A stretch of DNA of 64,000 bases from Bacillota bacterium (lineage in GTDB: Bacteria > Bacillota > Ch66 > Ch109): contig JBMNLH010000001.1 in NCBI GenBank assembly GCA_050952625.1, positions 960,001 through 1,024,000 on the forward strand, read 5' to 3'. Below are positions 17,428 to 28,547 of the stretch, piece after piece. Both the position numbers and the translations under genes were made by a program. The notes under the pieces are model-generated. The model had not been told where the DNA came from. It was given only the letters and a program-made list of their open reading frames with translations, and did no database searches. How positions within the stretch are numbered: position 1 is the first letter of the stretch; each line of letters starts with the position of its first letter.

Positions 17428-18645
17428 ATGGCAATTTATGGATATGAAGCCCGGGATGCAAAAGGGAATAAGTTGAAGGGGACCCTGGAAGCCGAAACCC
17501 AAGAAGCTTTAGTCGAACAACTGTTTAAGCAGGGTTTTTTTGTTATTCGGGTGACCACTCAGAATTCTGCCTATGGGGAATCTTGCCTGAAGTCGATTGC
17601 GCGAAAACCGGTTAGGCTATGGGATTTGGCGATCTTTACCCGTCAGTTTTCAATTATGTTCAAGGCCGGAATTCCGTTAGACCAGATACTAAGGACCCTT
17701 CAGCACCAAACCTCTAATCGGGCTTTAAGCGAAGTAGTATTCAAGGTGCATCAGGAGGTAAACCGGGGAGAGCCGTTATTCGCAGCATTAGCCAGGCATC
17801 CGGGGGTTTTTAATAGCCTTTATGTGGCTATGGTCAAGGCTGGGGAAATGGGGGGCATTCTAGATGTAATACTCGATAAACTAGCTCTGATCATCCAGAA
17901 GGAATTAGATTTAAAGGGACGGGTTAGAGCCGCAGTTTTTTATCCGGGATTATTAATCGTATTTGCCCTGATCGTAGTTGCTTTTTTTGTCTTAGGAGTC
18001 GTGCCGAGTTTAGTAAGTGCTTCGATACAACTAGGAGCCGAACTCCCCGCGTCAACTCAGTTTTTAATCATTTTTCACCAAACAGTTCGCGATTGTTTCT
18101 GGTTAATCGTAGTGGGATTTATTAGTATCATCGCGTTCCTAAAATGGTTTTATCATACTCAGAGGGGAAGAGTACTGACAGATCAGTTGTTGCTTAACCT
18201 ACCGATAATGGGAAAGCTTATTTTGAGGGTTGAGACTGCCCGTTTTGCTAGTACCTTATCTGCCCTCGTATCTAGCGGAATTCCATTAGTTCAAGCGATG
18301 GAAATTGTTGAGGGTATTATGACTAATCGGGTAATCGGTAGAGCCATAGCCCAGGTTCGACAGCGAATAACCGAGGGAGACAGTATGGCGATTCCGCTTG
18401 CCAGTGTCGGAGTATTTGAGCCTATGGTAATTCAGCTGGTTTCAGCGGGTGAAGAAAGCGGGGAACTGGAGAAAATGCTCGCTCATGTTGCTGATTATTG
18501 CCAAATGGAGGTAGAGAATGTTGTCGCGATCGTAACTCCTCTGATTGAACCGGTTTTGATAATACTCATTACCATATTAGTTGGCTTTATCGTCTTATGT
18601 ACGGTAATGCCTATGTTTGAAGTCATGAACACGATTGCTTTATAA
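17428..18645 (+). CDS. pilC: Type IV pilus platform protein (GspF family)
   Basis: Two GspF domains; AGEMGGIL, GEESGEL and IEPVLI motifs. Confidence 0.92.
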   Translation: MAIYGYEARDAKGNKLKGTLEAETQEALVEQLFKQGFFVIRVTTQNSAYGESCLKSIARKPVRLWDLAIFTRQFSIMFKAGIPLDQILRTLQHQTSNRALSEVVFKVHQEVNRGEPLFAALARHPGVFNSLYVAMVKAGEMGGILDVILDKLALIIQKELDLKGRVRAAVFYPGLLIVFALIVVAFFVLGVVPSLVSASIQLGAELPASTQFLIIFHQTVRDCFWLIVVGFISIIAFLKWFYHTQRGRVLTDQLLLNLPIMGKLILRVETARFASTLSALVSSGIPLVQAMEIVEGIMTNRVIGRAIAQVRQRITEGDSMAIPLASVGVFEPMVIQLVSAGEESGELEKMLAHVADYCQMEVENVVAIVTPLIEPVLIILITILVGFIVLCTVMPMFEVMNTIAL

Positions 18646-18711
18646 ATAGTCTGAGTTTGTGTAGTTTAGTATTCACTATTAACAATCGGGAGTCTATTTG
18701 TAAAGTGAGGA

Positions 18712-19191
18712 GTGATGATGATCAACAGGAGAACTCTCTTTAATCATCTGGCTAGATCAAGATTTTCATCTAGAAAAATGAAGACGTATGGTGCGGTTAT
18801 CGGCATATTACCTCAAAGCTTACGCGGAAACAAAGGTTTTACGATTGTCGAGCTATTGGCAGTTCTGGTTATCTTAGGTGTTATAGCTGGGATTGCGGTC
18901 CCCAAGGTTAGTCAAACTATCCAAAATTCTAAGGTTAAAGCCTGTGAGGCCAATCTGGACCTGATTACCCAGGCCATAGAACGTTATGGAATGGACCATA
19001 TTGATGCGACGACCGGTCAACCGGATTATCGCGGAATCGGTGAAGATGATTGGGATGAACTGATACCGGATTATTTTGATGTAAAGAATAAATCAGCAGG
19101 CAAACCAACTTGCCCGGTAGATGGAGAGGTCTATTCACTTTCCGCCGGAGGATTAAATACCATGCCGGAAGTAAAGTGTAATGGCCATTAA
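18712..19191 (+). CDS. Major pilin-like prepilin (start uncertain, possibly 18778)
   Basis: NKG|FTIVELLAVLVILGVIAGIAVP signal; C-terminal Cys pair. Confidence 0.85.
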   Translation: MMMINRRTLFNHLARSRFSSRKMKTYGAVIGILPQSLRGNKGFTIVELLAVLVILGVIAGIAVPKVSQTIQNSKVKACEANLDLITQAIERYGMDHIDATTGQPDYRGIGEDDWDELIPDYFDVKNKSAGKPTCPVDGEVYSLSAGGLNTMPEVKCNGH

Positions 19192-19199
19192 TAACAAGT

Positions 19200-19625
19200 A
19201 TGACAATGCTTTTAAGTCTGCCTGACAGATTAAAAACAGAACAGAAAGGTTTTTCCTTAATAGAGGTCTTAGCTGCTATCCTGATCATAGCCGTGACAAT
19301 AACGCCGATTTATTATGTCTTAACCTATAACTCTCTGGTTATAGCCGCTTCGGGACGACAGACTCAGGCAATGTTATATGCTCAGGAGATAATGGAGCGG
19401 CTAAAAGCTAATCCACATTCCTTAGGAGTAGCAGAAGGGGAATATGACGCCAGTAACCTAGACCAGTTGGGTATTTCCGAAGCTCCGCCGGTTGGGTTAG
19501 TGCCGTTGGTCATTATTGCTTGGGAGAATCAGAGTTTGGGACTGTATCGAGTAACGGTCAAAGTTCAGTGGCAGCTCAGAAAAGTCAGAGAGGTTGAGTT
19601 AACCACTTTGCTATTTTCACGCTAG
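19200..19625 (+). CDS. Minor pilin (PilV-like)
   Basis: KG|FSLIEVLAA signal; AQEIMERLK and VTVKVQW. Confidence 0.8.
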   Translation: MTMLLSLPDRLKTEQKGFSLIEVLAAILIIAVTITPIYYVLTYNSLVIAASGRQTQAMLYAQEIMERLKANPHSLGVAEGEYDASNLDQLGISEAPPVGLVPLVIIAWENQSLGLYRVTVKVQWQLRKVREVELTTLLFSR

Positions 19626-19658
19626 GTTTAATAACTAGAGAAATATGAAGGCAGAAAA

Positions 19659-20150
19659 ATGCGAGCTCTTTTGCTTGGGATCAGGTTATGGCGCGAAAAA
19701 GGGTTTACGTTAATCGAGTTGCTGGCAGCATTATCCATAATTTCTTTAGTGATTTTGATTGCTTCGACGGTCCTTTTGACCGGTCAAAAGGCAATATATC
19801 AAAATGGTAGTGTCGTCGAAATGCAGCAAGTCGTTCGTTCTACTATGCAGTTTATGATTAGAGAAATTCGGTCGGCCCAGAAAATAGTAGAGATTCAACC
19901 AAACCGATTGACGCTGATTAATCATGAGGGAAATAAAATAGCATACCGGATGAGCGGAGGGACCTTGTGGCGAGATTTTTACCTTACTCCTACTTCGACT
20001 ATTAGGAGTACAAGCCACCCTTTAGCGAATCAAATTGTAGACATAACTTTTACTGCCAGTGAAACCAGGGGAGTTAAGATTTGTTTAACTGCCGGGCAAG
20101 AAAATAAAGAGTATTATTTAAGTACTTTTGTATACCCACGGGTAGAGTGA
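19659..20150 (+). CDS. Minor pilin (PilW-like)
   Basis: KG|FTLIELLAA signal; REIRSA motif. Confidence 0.8.
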   Translation: MRALLLGIRLWREKGFTLIELLAALSIISLVILIASTVLLTGQKAIYQNGSVVEMQQVVRSTMQFMIREIRSAQKIVEIQPNRLTLINHEGNKIAYRMSGGTLWRDFYLTPTSTIRSTSHPLANQIVDITFTASETRGVKICLTAGQENKEYYLSTFVYPRVE

Positions 20151-20246
20151 ACTTGTTTAGCTTCGTCGAACACAGAGGCATCAGACGGAGACTCTGCTTC
20201 ACCTGAAGCGGTAAACAAGGTAATCCCCACATAGAAGGGAGTCTTC
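20146..20246 (+). repeat. Dispersed repeat family B, degenerate copy overlapping the pilin stop codon
   Basis: AGTGAACTTGTTTAGCTTCGTCGAACACAGAGGCATCAGACGGAGACTCTGCTTCACCTGA aligns with the copy at 3476. Confidence 0.7.
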
Positions 20247-20290
20247 AGATTTAGACAAAGCCGAGAATTCAAGGAGTTCAATAGATAATT

Positions 20291-20773
20291 GTGTCTAATG
20301 TTAAAAATATAACATTAATAAATAGGCGGAATAATACTCGCAATGAGCCAGGGTCAGTATTGATTGTGGTGGTGTTGATAGTTGCCACTTTAATGGCGAT
20401 CAATGGTGCCTTACTGATCAACTCAGCCTTTGAGGCGCGGATAGCGGCAAACCATGAACGTGCCGTAGTTTTGCAGTATTTAGCTGATGCCGGAATTGAA
20501 AAAATGCGGGCTGAACTAATCCATAATGAAGGTTTAGTTAATTATGAGAACGAATCAACTTTGGAAGACATTCAGTTTATCTTTGGGATGATGACCAATT
20601 TCGGGGAGGCAGAGATATCCAGTAGCCTGCGTGGTCCAAATTTACGAGATAACTTGGAAATCCAATCAACCGCCAGACTACCGGACGGGTCAAAAAAGAC
20701 AATTCTGGTTGAGCTAAAACCACCGTTTAATGAAGCAGCAATTAGTACTTATTCAGAAATATACCTCCCGTAG
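20291..20773 (+). CDS. PilX-like minor pilin (no Glu5)
   Basis: NEPG|SVLIVVVLIV signal and YLADAGIE motif. Confidence 0.75.
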   Translation: MSNVKNITLINRRNNTRNEPGSVLIVVVLIVATLMAINGALLINSAFEARIAANHERAVVLQYLADAGIEKMRAELIHNEGLVNYENESTLEDIQFIFGMMTNFGEAEISSSLRGPNLRDNLEIQSTARLPDGSKKTILVELKPPFNEAAISTYSEIYLP

Positions 20774-20814
20774 ATTGGCGGAAGCAATAATTTTGAAAGG
20801 TTGATGAGGGTATC

Positions 20815-22425
20815 ATTTGTTGCCTTGGGAAACGGAGTCAAGTTGTAGATAGAGTTAGTCTCGACATAAACAGTCATTCAATTAAAATGGTGCAACTTAG
20901 GCAGCACCGGGGTGAATTGTGCCTGGTCAAATGGGGGAGAGTGGATACACCAGCCGGGATTATTGATCGAGGCCTGGTGAATGACCCGATAAAACTGGGT
21001 GAGGCGATCAGTTCTCTTTTCAGTCAGCTGGGAGTCCGAAAGCCAGGGGTTGCCGCTGCCGTTTCTGGGCAACAGATTTTTCTCCGTCACCTTACTCTCC
21101 CGTTAATGCCTCATAGGGAGATGGTTCAGGCAATTAAATACCAGCTTCAAGGTCTGCTGCGGATTCCGTCGGCAGAGATCCGCTATGACTTTATCCGGTC
21201 AGACTTAAATACTCAACCATCAGAAGATGGACTCATCGAAGTTACGGTGGTGGCAACCAGACGCTCCGTGATTGAGGGTTTAAAAGAGAGCATCGTCAGG
21301 GCCGGGGCAATTCCGCTTGTTTTGGGGATCGAACCATTAGCCATATATCGTTTGCTCCAAAGCAAAGAACCGGTTCCGGCTGCACCGTCAAGGGTTTTGC
21401 TAGTCAGTATTGGTCGGACGATCACCCAACTCAGTATCTTTGAACAGGGCGTGCTCCGATTTAATCGGACGTTAATGTTGAATGCAGCTACTGATCAGGA
21501 AAGTGTTGATTTCCAGAACGTGGTTAGGGAGGTTTCCACAGAAGTCTGGAGAACCTTGGAATATTATCAGTTGGAATATCCGGAGGCTCAGGTGGAGAGG
21601 ATTCTCCTGACGGGAGAGGCAACCCGGTTTGGGGGCTTCTCGGCCGTGTTGGGTCAGGTGGATATTCCCATAATTAAGTTGGATCCGTTGGCGAGGATTC
21701 GGTTTGAGAAATCAGTTACTGAGGCGGAAGCGGAAGAGCTCAGGACGAGTTATGGCGTGGCCCTGGGCTTAGCCGCCAGTGTAATCGATGCGCCAGCTGG
21801 TTATATCAATCGGTTGACCCACGGCAAGAGAATTCCCTCTTTCCGACGGATTTCATGGCCGGGGCGGCTGGACCGACACTTATGCGCTAACCAGATCAAT
21901 TTATTTAGGGAAGACAATCTACCTGATTCCTCAAAGAAGAACCTAATCCTAATTGGTGCCTTAAGCTTATTGCTCGCTTTCTCTTTGCCGGGCTACTTAT
22001 GTTACAGTTTAAGTCAAAAAGTGCAGGAACAAGAGAGTCGCTACCAGGAATTGCGCGATATCTTAATCGCAAAGGGCCTGCTAGTCAGTCAGGGGGCCAA
22101 TCGGGATTTATTTGCCTCCACCGCTTGGGAAAAAGAACTTCAACTCAGTCAATGGCAGATTGACCGTGATCAATGGTCGAAAACACTATCGGAGATATAT
22201 AAAACGATTCCGGTTGGCTGTTATTTGAAGGAAATACGCCAATATGAGACTGGAGTCAGATTGATCGGACAAGCCCGGTCTTATCCTGATTTAGCTCAGT
22301 TTATTGCTGCCATTGAAGAGCTAGAGATGTTCACAGAGGTGGACCTGATTAACAGTAAATACGACTCATTAGCCAAAGAAGTGCCTTTTGAACTACAATG
22401 CAACCGATTTAGCAAGAATTATTAA
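20815..22425 (+). CDS. PilM-PilN fusion protein (start probably upstream of the tracked 20887)
   Basis: Upstream frame gives VSLDINSHSIKMVQL (PilM start); actin-like PilM body ending VALGLA, then QINLF, a TM helix and a PilN domain. Confidence 0.75.
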   Translation: MCCLGKRSQVVDRVSLDINSHSIKMVQLRQHRGELCLVKWGRVDTPAGIIDRGLVNDPIKLGEAISSLFSQLGVRKPGVAAAVSGQQIFLRHLTLPLMPHREMVQAIKYQLQGLLRIPSAEIRYDFIRSDLNTQPSEDGLIEVTVVATRRSVIEGLKESIVRAGAIPLVLGIEPLAIYRLLQSKEPVPAAPSRVLLVSIGRTITQLSIFEQGVLRFNRTLMLNAATDQESVDFQNVVREVSTEVWRTLEYYQLEYPEAQVERILLTGEATRFGGFSAVLGQVDIPIIKLDPLARIRFEKSVTEAEAEELRTSYGVALGLAASVIDAPAGYINRLTHGKRIPSFRRISWPGRLDRHLCANQINLFREDNLPDSSKKNLILIGALSLLLAFSLPGYLCYSLSQKVQEQESRYQELRDILIAKGLLVSQGANRDLFASTAWEKELQLSQWQIDRDQWSKTLSEIYKTIPVGCYLKEIRQYETGVRLIGQARSYPDLAQFIAAIEELEMFTEVDLINSKYDSLAKEVPFELQCNRFSKNY

Positions 22426-22454
22426 TAGATTCGATTGTTGAGCCATAAAGGCAT

Positions 22455-23096
22455 TTGAAGGGTTCGGATATGTCAATGACCTTACGCGAGAAGATATTAG
22501 TTGGAGCCGCTTTAGCAACTGTAATATTAGGAATAATCTACCATTACTGGTACCAGCCCACTCAATTAAAGCTAAGTGAGCTGACTAATCAGATCGAGAT
22601 ATATGAGACAGAATTAAATCGCTTTCAGAATAAATCTGATAATTACCATAATGGTTTAGATAGTACGGACACTTTTCAAAGTCTACCGGAAATGCAGCGG
22701 CAACTAACCGAACAGGTTCCTTACCGGGAAGCCGTCCCAGAGTTAATTATTCATTTACATACATGGGCCGGACAAACCGGGACTACGTTAACCGGGTTTG
22801 GTTTGGAGAAAAAAACAACTGATTCAAGGTATAAGACTTCCGCTTATCGCCTTCAGGTATATGGTGGATTTACCGAGATTTGCGAGTTTGTCCGAAGACT
22901 GGAGCAATCAAAACGGTTAATCAGGATTGAAGAAATTAACCTAACTAGCGGAGATTCAAGCTTGGGCACGGCTATTAGTCAACTAGAGCCAGCAACTGCC
23001 TCTGGTTTAGAATCTTCTTCATCGGCGAAGAGCAACTCTCTGAAGGCGGAAATTCGATTTTCTACTTATATTGATACTGCTCCGGACGCTAAGTAA
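22455..23096 (+). CDS. pilO: PilO-like protein
   Basis: TLREKIL then TM helix and coiled coil; FVRRLEQSKRLIRIEEINL. Confidence 0.75.
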   Translation: MKGSDMSMTLREKILVGAALATVILGIIYHYWYQPTQLKLSELTNQIEIYETELNRFQNKSDNYHNGLDSTDTFQSLPEMQRQLTEQVPYREAVPELIIHLHTWAGQTGTTLTGFGLEKKTTDSRYKTSAYRLQVYGGFTEICEFVRRLEQSKRLIRIEEINLTSGDSSLGTAISQLEPATASGLESSSSAKSNSLKAEIRFSTYIDTAPDAK

Positions 23097-23340
23097 TAGC
23101 CATCATGAAAAATTGCTCGCGCATTGTTCTAATACTGGTCAGCGATTGGTGATTTACCTCATTTATTCTCGTTCCCAGTCTAGGCTGCTGACCGTGTTAA
23201 AACACACGCGTTAGAGTTTTGGGGTAGTAGACTACCCGGGATAGTAAACCTGTCTTCGTGTCCCACGTTGCGATAAGTGATGAACTATGTTAAGCTATTA
23301 TTAGTTTCATTGGTTAGATAATAGAATATAAGCAGATTTC

Positions 23341-23421
23341 AGCTAGGGGTGCCGTAAGGCTGAGAGGGAGTGATCCCGACCCTTTGAACCTGATATGGGT
23401 AATTCCATCGTAGGGAAGCGA
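23341..23421 (+). promoter_or_regulatory. TPP riboswitch
   Basis: CTAGGGGTGC...GCTGAGA...GACCCTTTGAACCTGAT.TGGGTAAT.CCA.CGTAGGGAAG consensus upstream of thi genes. Confidence 0.95.
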
Positions 23422-23450
23422 AACTATAGAGTGGATTGGACACATTATTT

Positions 23451-23480
23451 GAGCTTACCCTTGAGGTAGGCTTTTTTATT
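23451..23480 (+). terminator. TPP riboswitch expression-platform terminator
   Basis: GAGCTTACC-cttga-GGTAGGCTT followed by TTTTATT. Confidence 0.75.
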
Positions 23481-23535
23481 GGATCAATCAGGCTTTGTGG
23501 TTAGCTGTGGATGATGACTGCGGAGCAAATATAAC

Positions 23536-23754
23536 TTGGGGGTGGATCCGGTTTTGAAGCTGTTGATTAACGGGAAAGAGGAAACATTGTCTAGGGAAAT
23601 GACCTTGGTGGAGCTTATCTCACAGCGCGGGTTAAATCCAAAATCAATTATTGTTGAGTATAATTATGAACTAGTTAAGGAGGAGGTATGGCCGCAGATT
23701 AAACTAAAGGAAAGTGATCGGGTTGAAATACTCAGATTCGTCGGAGGGGGTTAA
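23536..23754 (+). CDS. thiS: Sulfur carrier protein ThiS (true start may be slightly downstream)
   Basis: Ubiquitin-like, ending [10 protein letters not shown]. Confidence 0.93.
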   Translation: MGVDPVLKLLINGKEETLSREMTLVELISQRGLNPKSIIVEYNYELVKEEVWPQIKLKESDRVEILRFVGGG

Positions 23755-23758
23755 ATAT

Positions 23759-24529
23759 TTGTCGGATGCATTAATTATCGGTGGACAAGAAGTAAATAAC
23801 CGGCTTTTTTTAGGGACCGGGAAGCTAGCCTCTAACCAACTCATTCCCGAGATCGTAAAGGCCTCAGGGAGTCAGGTCGTAACTGTTGCCTTAAGAAGAG
23901 TGGACTTTGAGAGTGAGGATGAAAACATCGTTAGTTATGTCCCCAAGGACTGCATTCTAATGCCCAATACTTCGGGGGCCAGAACCGCCGAGGAAGCAGT
24001 CCGCATTGCCCGGCTGGCCAGAGCAGCCGGTTGCGGGAATTGGGTTAAGATCGAAGTAATTACCGACACCAAGTATTTGCTGCCGGACAATTATGAGACG
24101 GTTAAAGCTACTGAAATCTTGGCTGGGGAAGGATTTGTGGTTTTGCCATACATCAGCCCGGATTTAATGGTGGCCAGGCAATTACAAGCCGCCGGAGCTG
24201 CCGCAGTAATGCCCCTAGGTGCCCCGATTGGCAGTAACCGAGGGCTCAGAACCAGGGAGTTGATTAGAATCTTGATTGAGGAGATTTCTCTCCCAGTCAT
24301 TGTCGATGCCGGGCTTGGCCGACCTTCCGAGGCAGCTGAGGCAATGGAAATGGGAGCAGCGGCTGTGTTAGTCAATACAGCCATCGCTACGGCCAGAGAT
24401 CCAGTGGCGATGGCCAAAGCTTTTAGCCTGGCCGTAATGGCCGGCCGGATGGCATATTTGGCTGGACCTGGAGCAATCCGGTTATATGCGGAGGCCTCTT
24501 CTCCGCTGACGGGGTTTTTGCGAGATTAG
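23759..24529 (+). CDS. thiG: Thiazole synthase
   Basis: [28 protein letters not shown] and [12 protein letters not shown]; TTG start after thiS. Confidence 0.96.
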   Translation: MSDALIIGGQEVNNRLFLGTGKLASNQLIPEIVKASGSQVVTVALRRVDFESEDENIVSYVPKDCILMPNTSGARTAEEAVRIARLARAAGCGNWVKIEVITDTKYLLPDNYETVKATEILAGEGFVVLPYISPDLMVARQLQAAGAAAVMPLGAPIGSNRGLRTRELIRILIEEISLPVIVDAGLGRPSEAAEAMEMGAAAVLVNTAIATARDPVAMAKAFSLAVMAGRMAYLAGPGAIRLYAEASSPLTGFLRD

Positions 24530-24643
24530 ATTATTATAGCATTAATGTTGAATATTTATTTTTACCAAACAAGTAATTGTGGTGAAAGGTGATGGATCCA
24601 GTTAATGCTTGAATACCTAACTTTAAGATAGAAGGCGATATAG

Positions 24644-25747
24644 ATGAGTTTCTATCAAGAATATCGGCAATATAAAGATTTTGATTATGCGGGATTTTTT
24701 GCTCAGATTAACGAGGCTGATATCGAAAGGATTTTGGGTAAAGAACGGATCAATGAATTAGATTATCTGGCTTTGCTTTCTGAAACGGCCGAGCAGTATT
24801 TGGAACCCATGGCCCAAAAGGCGCACCGGCTGACGGTCCAACACTTTGGTCGGGTTATTCAGCTATATACCCCAATTTACCTGGCTAATTACTGTGCGAA
24901 TTTTTGTGTTTACTGCGGTTTTCGGGCGAGCAATAAACTGAAACGCAAAAAGTTAAGTCTGGCCGAGGTGGAAAAGGAAGCCGCACTGATTGCCGCCACC
25001 GGCCTAAAGCATGTGATCATCTTGACTGGTGAATCGCGAAAAATGTCGCCGGTTTCATACATTAAAGATTGCGTCGAAGTGCTTAAAAAGTATTTTGCTT
25101 CCATCTGTATTGAGGTCTACCCCTTAGAAGAACATGAGTATGCGGAATTGATTCAGACGGGCGTGGATGCTTTAACCATCTACCAGGAAACATACAATGA
25201 AGATTTGTATTTGGAATTGCATCCCGCGGGTCCCAAGAGAAACTACCTTTACCGTTTAGAAGCTCCGGAGCGAGCCTGTCAGGCTGGCATCAGGTCCGCT
25301 AACCTGGGAGCTTTATTGGGTCTGGACCAATGGCAGCCCGATGCCTTCCTGACCGGATTACACGCTCATTACTTGCAGAAGAACTACCCGGGAGTAGATG
25401 TCGCCATTTCCTTGCCCCGCCTGCGGCCGCACTTGGGTGGTTACCAACCTCGCTGTATAATTAGTGATAAAAACTTGGTGCAATACATGCTGGCCTTTAG
25501 ACTATTTATTCCCCGCGCCGGGATCACTATTTCCACCCGGGAACGGGCTGAGTTTCGGGATAATTTGCTTCGGTTGGGTGTAACCAAAATGTCGGCTGGG
25601 TCATGTACGGCGGTCGGGGGCCGGGCTAGCGACAATGAGGTAATTGGCCAGTTTGACATATCTGATCAACGTGGGGTGGAAGAGATGAAGAAAATGGTTT
25701 ACGCCCAGGGATATCAGCCAGTTTTCAAAGACTGGCATCAGTTTTAA
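24644..25747 (+). CDS. thiH: 2-iminoacetate synthase (tyrosine lyase, radical SAM)
   Basis: [18 protein letters not shown] and SAGS motifs; operon context. Confidence 0.93.
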   Translation: MSFYQEYRQYKDFDYAGFFAQINEADIERILGKERINELDYLALLSETAEQYLEPMAQKAHRLTVQHFGRVIQLYTPIYLANYCANFCVYCGFRASNKLKRKKLSLAEVEKEAALIAATGLKHVIILTGESRKMSPVSYIKDCVEVLKKYFASICIEVYPLEEHEYAELIQTGVDALTIYQETYNEDLYLELHPAGPKRNYLYRLEAPERACQAGIRSANLGALLGLDQWQPDAFLTGLHAHYLQKNYPGVDVAISLPRLRPHLGGYQPRCIISDKNLVQYMLAFRLFIPRAGITISTRERAEFRDNLLRLGVTKMSAGSCTAVGGRASDNEVIGQFDISDQRGVEEMKKMVYAQGYQPVFKDWHQF

Positions 25748-25754
25748 CCGTAAT

Positions 25755-25778
25755 AGTGAACTCGTTCAGCTTCGCTGA
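25755..25778 (+). repeat. Family B repeat, truncated 5' part
   Basis: AGTGAACTCGTTCAGCTTCGCTGA is identical to the start of the 3476 copy. Confidence 0.65.
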
Positions 25779-25819
25779 CTTGATTTTACTATATATCCAT
25801 TGCTATCCGGAGGAAACTA

Positions 25820-26470
25820 ATGAATGACTTTGAACGGGCTCTAGTTGCTTGTATCGGGCGGGACCGTTTGACGATCATCCAAAGTATTCAGGTTGGGATT
25901 GCCGGGGCTGGTGGCTTAGGCTCAAATTGTGCCCAATTTCTGGTTAGAAGCGGGTTTAAGAAACTAAAGATCGTTGATTTCGACGTGGTTGACTGGACCA
26001 ATCTTAACCGCCAGTTTTACTTTGCGGATCAGGTGGGATCCAAGAAAGTTGAAGCCTTGCGGCAGAATCTGCTGCGCATCAACCCGGACCTGGATCTTGA
26101 GTTATTAGATCAAAAAATAACCCGGGATAATGCAGATAGTTTGTTTGCGGACTGTCAGATTGTCGTTGAAGCCCTAGATCAGGTCGAGAGCAAAAAACTA
26201 ATGGTTGAAACATATCTGAATTCAGGCAAGCTGCTGGTCTGTACTTCTGGCTTGGCTGGTTGGGGTAAGAGTGATGATATTGTCATCAACCGGCTCAAAG
26301 AAAACTTTTACTTAGTGGGGGATCTGATTCGCGAAGTGGGGCCGGCTGATCCACCCATGGCCCCGCGAGTGAGTATTGCCGCGGCCAAGGAAGCGGATGT
26401 GATCCTTGCTTATGTGTTAAATTGTCTTGCGGAAGGTGGACAGAATGATGAAAAAAACCGCCATGGCTAA
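25820..26470 (+). CDS. thiF: ThiS adenylyltransferase
   Basis: GIAGAGGLGS and DFDVVDWTNLNRQ motifs. Confidence 0.92.
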   Translation: MNDFERALVACIGRDRLTIIQSIQVGIAGAGGLGSNCAQFLVRSGFKKLKIVDFDVVDWTNLNRQFYFADQVGSKKVEALRQNLLRINPDLDLELLDQKITRDNADSLFADCQIVVEALDQVESKKLMVETYLNSGKLLVCTSGLAGWGKSDDIVINRLKENFYLVGDLIREVGPADPPMAPRVSIAAAKEADVILAYVLNCLAEGGQNDEKNRHG

Positions 26471-27104
26471 TTTATTGGCGGCTGATCTGTATGGTTTAAC
26501 GGCGGAAGAGTATTCGCTAGGCCGAAATAATGTCGAAGTAGTTTCCCAAATGATCAAAGCCGGACTTAAAGTGATTCAGTATCGAGAGAAAGATAAAAAG
26601 ATGCGGGAAAAGTATCAAGAATGTTTGAAATTACGGGAGATAACCCGGCAGGCTGGGGTTACTTTTATCGTCAATGATCATGTAGACTTAGCTCTTTTGG
26701 TTGGCGCTGATGGGATCCATCTGGGCCAGGATGACCTCCCAGTTAATCGGGTGAGAGAATTGGTCGGTAAGGATATGCTGATTGGGTTATCTACCCATTC
26801 GCCGGCTCAGGCTCAATCCGCCCTGGAAATGGGCGTTGATTATATCGGGGTGGGGCCGATCTTTAGCACGCAGACCAAAAAGGATGTTTGTGCTCCAGTC
26901 GGTTTGGAATATCTAGACTATGTAGTCAAGCATATCCCTCTTCCTTTTGTCGCGATTGGCGGTATTAAGGAACATAACATCGCTGAAGTTGCCCGGCGGG
27001 GAGCCATATGCATTGCTTTAGTCACGGAAATTGTGGGGGCCACAGATATCGAAGCTAAGATTCGTAACCTGAGGGCCTGCCTTAACCGCAGCAATCGACT
27101 CTGA
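26445..27104 (+). CDS. thiE: Thiamine-phosphate synthase
   Basis: QYREK, IVNDHVD, HLGQDD, GLSTHS and AIGGI. Confidence 0.95.
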   Translation: MMKKTAMANLLAADLYGLTAEEYSLGRNNVEVVSQMIKAGLKVIQYREKDKKMREKYQECLKLREITRQAGVTFIVNDHVDLALLVGADGIHLGQDDLPVNRVRELVGKDMLIGLSTHSPAQAQSALEMGVDYIGVGPIFSTQTKKDVCAPVGLEYLDYVVKHIPLPFVAIGGIKEHNIAEVARRGAICIALVTEIVGATDIEAKIRNLRACLNRSNRL

Positions 27105-27263
27105 CAGAAATAATGCTTATTCATCTCCCGCCTTCACTTTCACTTCGTGAGCCAGGCAGCTTAGAGGCGAGAGACTTTTTGGCCCATGATGTTAAATGTT
27201 AAAGCTAATACGGTTATGCTTGTTATGTTTTAGAATCTAACAGGATTGAAGGGAGACGGATTG

Positions 27264-28547
27264 ATGAATTATACGACGCAGATGGATGCTGCGCGCAAGG
27301 GGATTATCACTGGGGAAATGGAGAAGGTAGCCAGTAAAGAGAACATAGCGGTCGAGCGGCTTCGTCAATTAATGGCAGATGGCCGAGTAGTTATCCCGGC
27401 CAATAAAAACCACCGGTCATTAGATCCAGAAGGCATTGGTGAAGGGTTGAAAACCAAAATTAATGTTAATCTTGGTGTTTCGCCGGACTGCTGTAATATC
27501 GAACTTGAACTAGAAAAGGCCCGCCAGGCCATTGATTTAAAGGCTGACGCCATTATGGACCTGAGTTGTTACGGGAAGACCGAAGAATTCAGACGAAAGC
27601 TGGTGGGCATGTCGCCAGTCATGATCGGTACCGTGCCGGTCTATGATGCGGTTGGGTTCTATGATAAAGAGTTAGCGGACATTACCGCTGAAGAGTTCTT
27701 GAGGGTGGTGGAAAAGCATGCCCAGGACGGGGTCGACTTTATGACCATTCATGCTGGAATCAATCGGGAAACAGCCGCCCGGTTCAAGAAAAATCCCCGG
27801 TTAACCAATATCGTATCCCGGGGTGGGTCGCTGCTCTTTACCTGGATGGAGCTTAATGGACAGGAAAACCCATTTTATGAACATTATGACCGCCTGTTGG
27901 AGATTTGTGCCCGTTATGATGTGACCATCAGTCTGGGGGATGCCTGCCGCCCGGGCAGTATCAAGGACGCGACAGATGCTGCGCAAATTCAAGAACTGAT
28001 TATTCTCGGTGAATTGACCCAACGGGCCTGGGAACGAAACGTTCAGGTCATGATTGAGGGACCAGGGCACATGCCGTTAAATGAAATCATTTCCAATGTA
28101 CAATTGGAAAAGAAGCTGTGCCATGGGGCTCCTTTTTATGTGCTTGGTCCGCTGGTGACGGATGTGGCGCCCGGGTATGATCATATTACTAGTGCAATTG
28201 GCGGGGCACTAGCCGCGGCCCACGGGGCTGATTTTCTTTGTTATGTTACGCCAGCGGAGCACTTGCGGCTACCTGACCTGGAAGATATGAAAGAGGGGAT
28301 CATTGCCTCCCGCATTGCGGCTCATGCCGCGGATATCGCCAAAGGTTTACCTGGAGTCCGGCAATGGGATGACGCCATGAGTGAGGCTCGTAAAAATCTG
28401 GATTGGGAGCGGATGTTCCAATTGGCGATTGATCCGGAAAAAGCTAAGCGGTATCGGGCGGAATCACTTCCCGAACACCAGGATACATGTACGATGTGCG
28501 GCAAAATGTGTGCTGTTCGAAATATGAATAAGGTGTTAAGCGGGTGA
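27264..28547 (+). CDS. thiC: Phosphomethylpyrimidine synthase
   Basis: [26 protein letters not shown] and CTMCGKMC. Confidence 0.97.
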   Translation: MNYTTQMDAARKGIITGEMEKVASKENIAVERLRQLMADGRVVIPANKNHRSLDPEGIGEGLKTKINVNLGVSPDCCNIELELEKARQAIDLKADAIMDLSCYGKTEEFRRKLVGMSPVMIGTVPVYDAVGFYDKELADITAEEFLRVVEKHAQDGVDFMTIHAGINRETAARFKKNPRLTNIVSRGGSLLFTWMELNGQENPFYEHYDRLLEICARYDVTISLGDACRPGSIKDATDAAQIQELIILGELTQRAWERNVQVMIEGPGHMPLNEIISNVQLEKKLCHGAPFYVLGPLVTDVAPGYDHITSAIGGALAAAHGADFLCYVTPAEHLRLPDLEDMKEGIIASRIAAHAADIAKGLPGVRQWDDAMSEARKNLDWERMFQLAIDPEKAKRYRAESLPEHQDTCTMCGKMCAVRNMNKVLSG

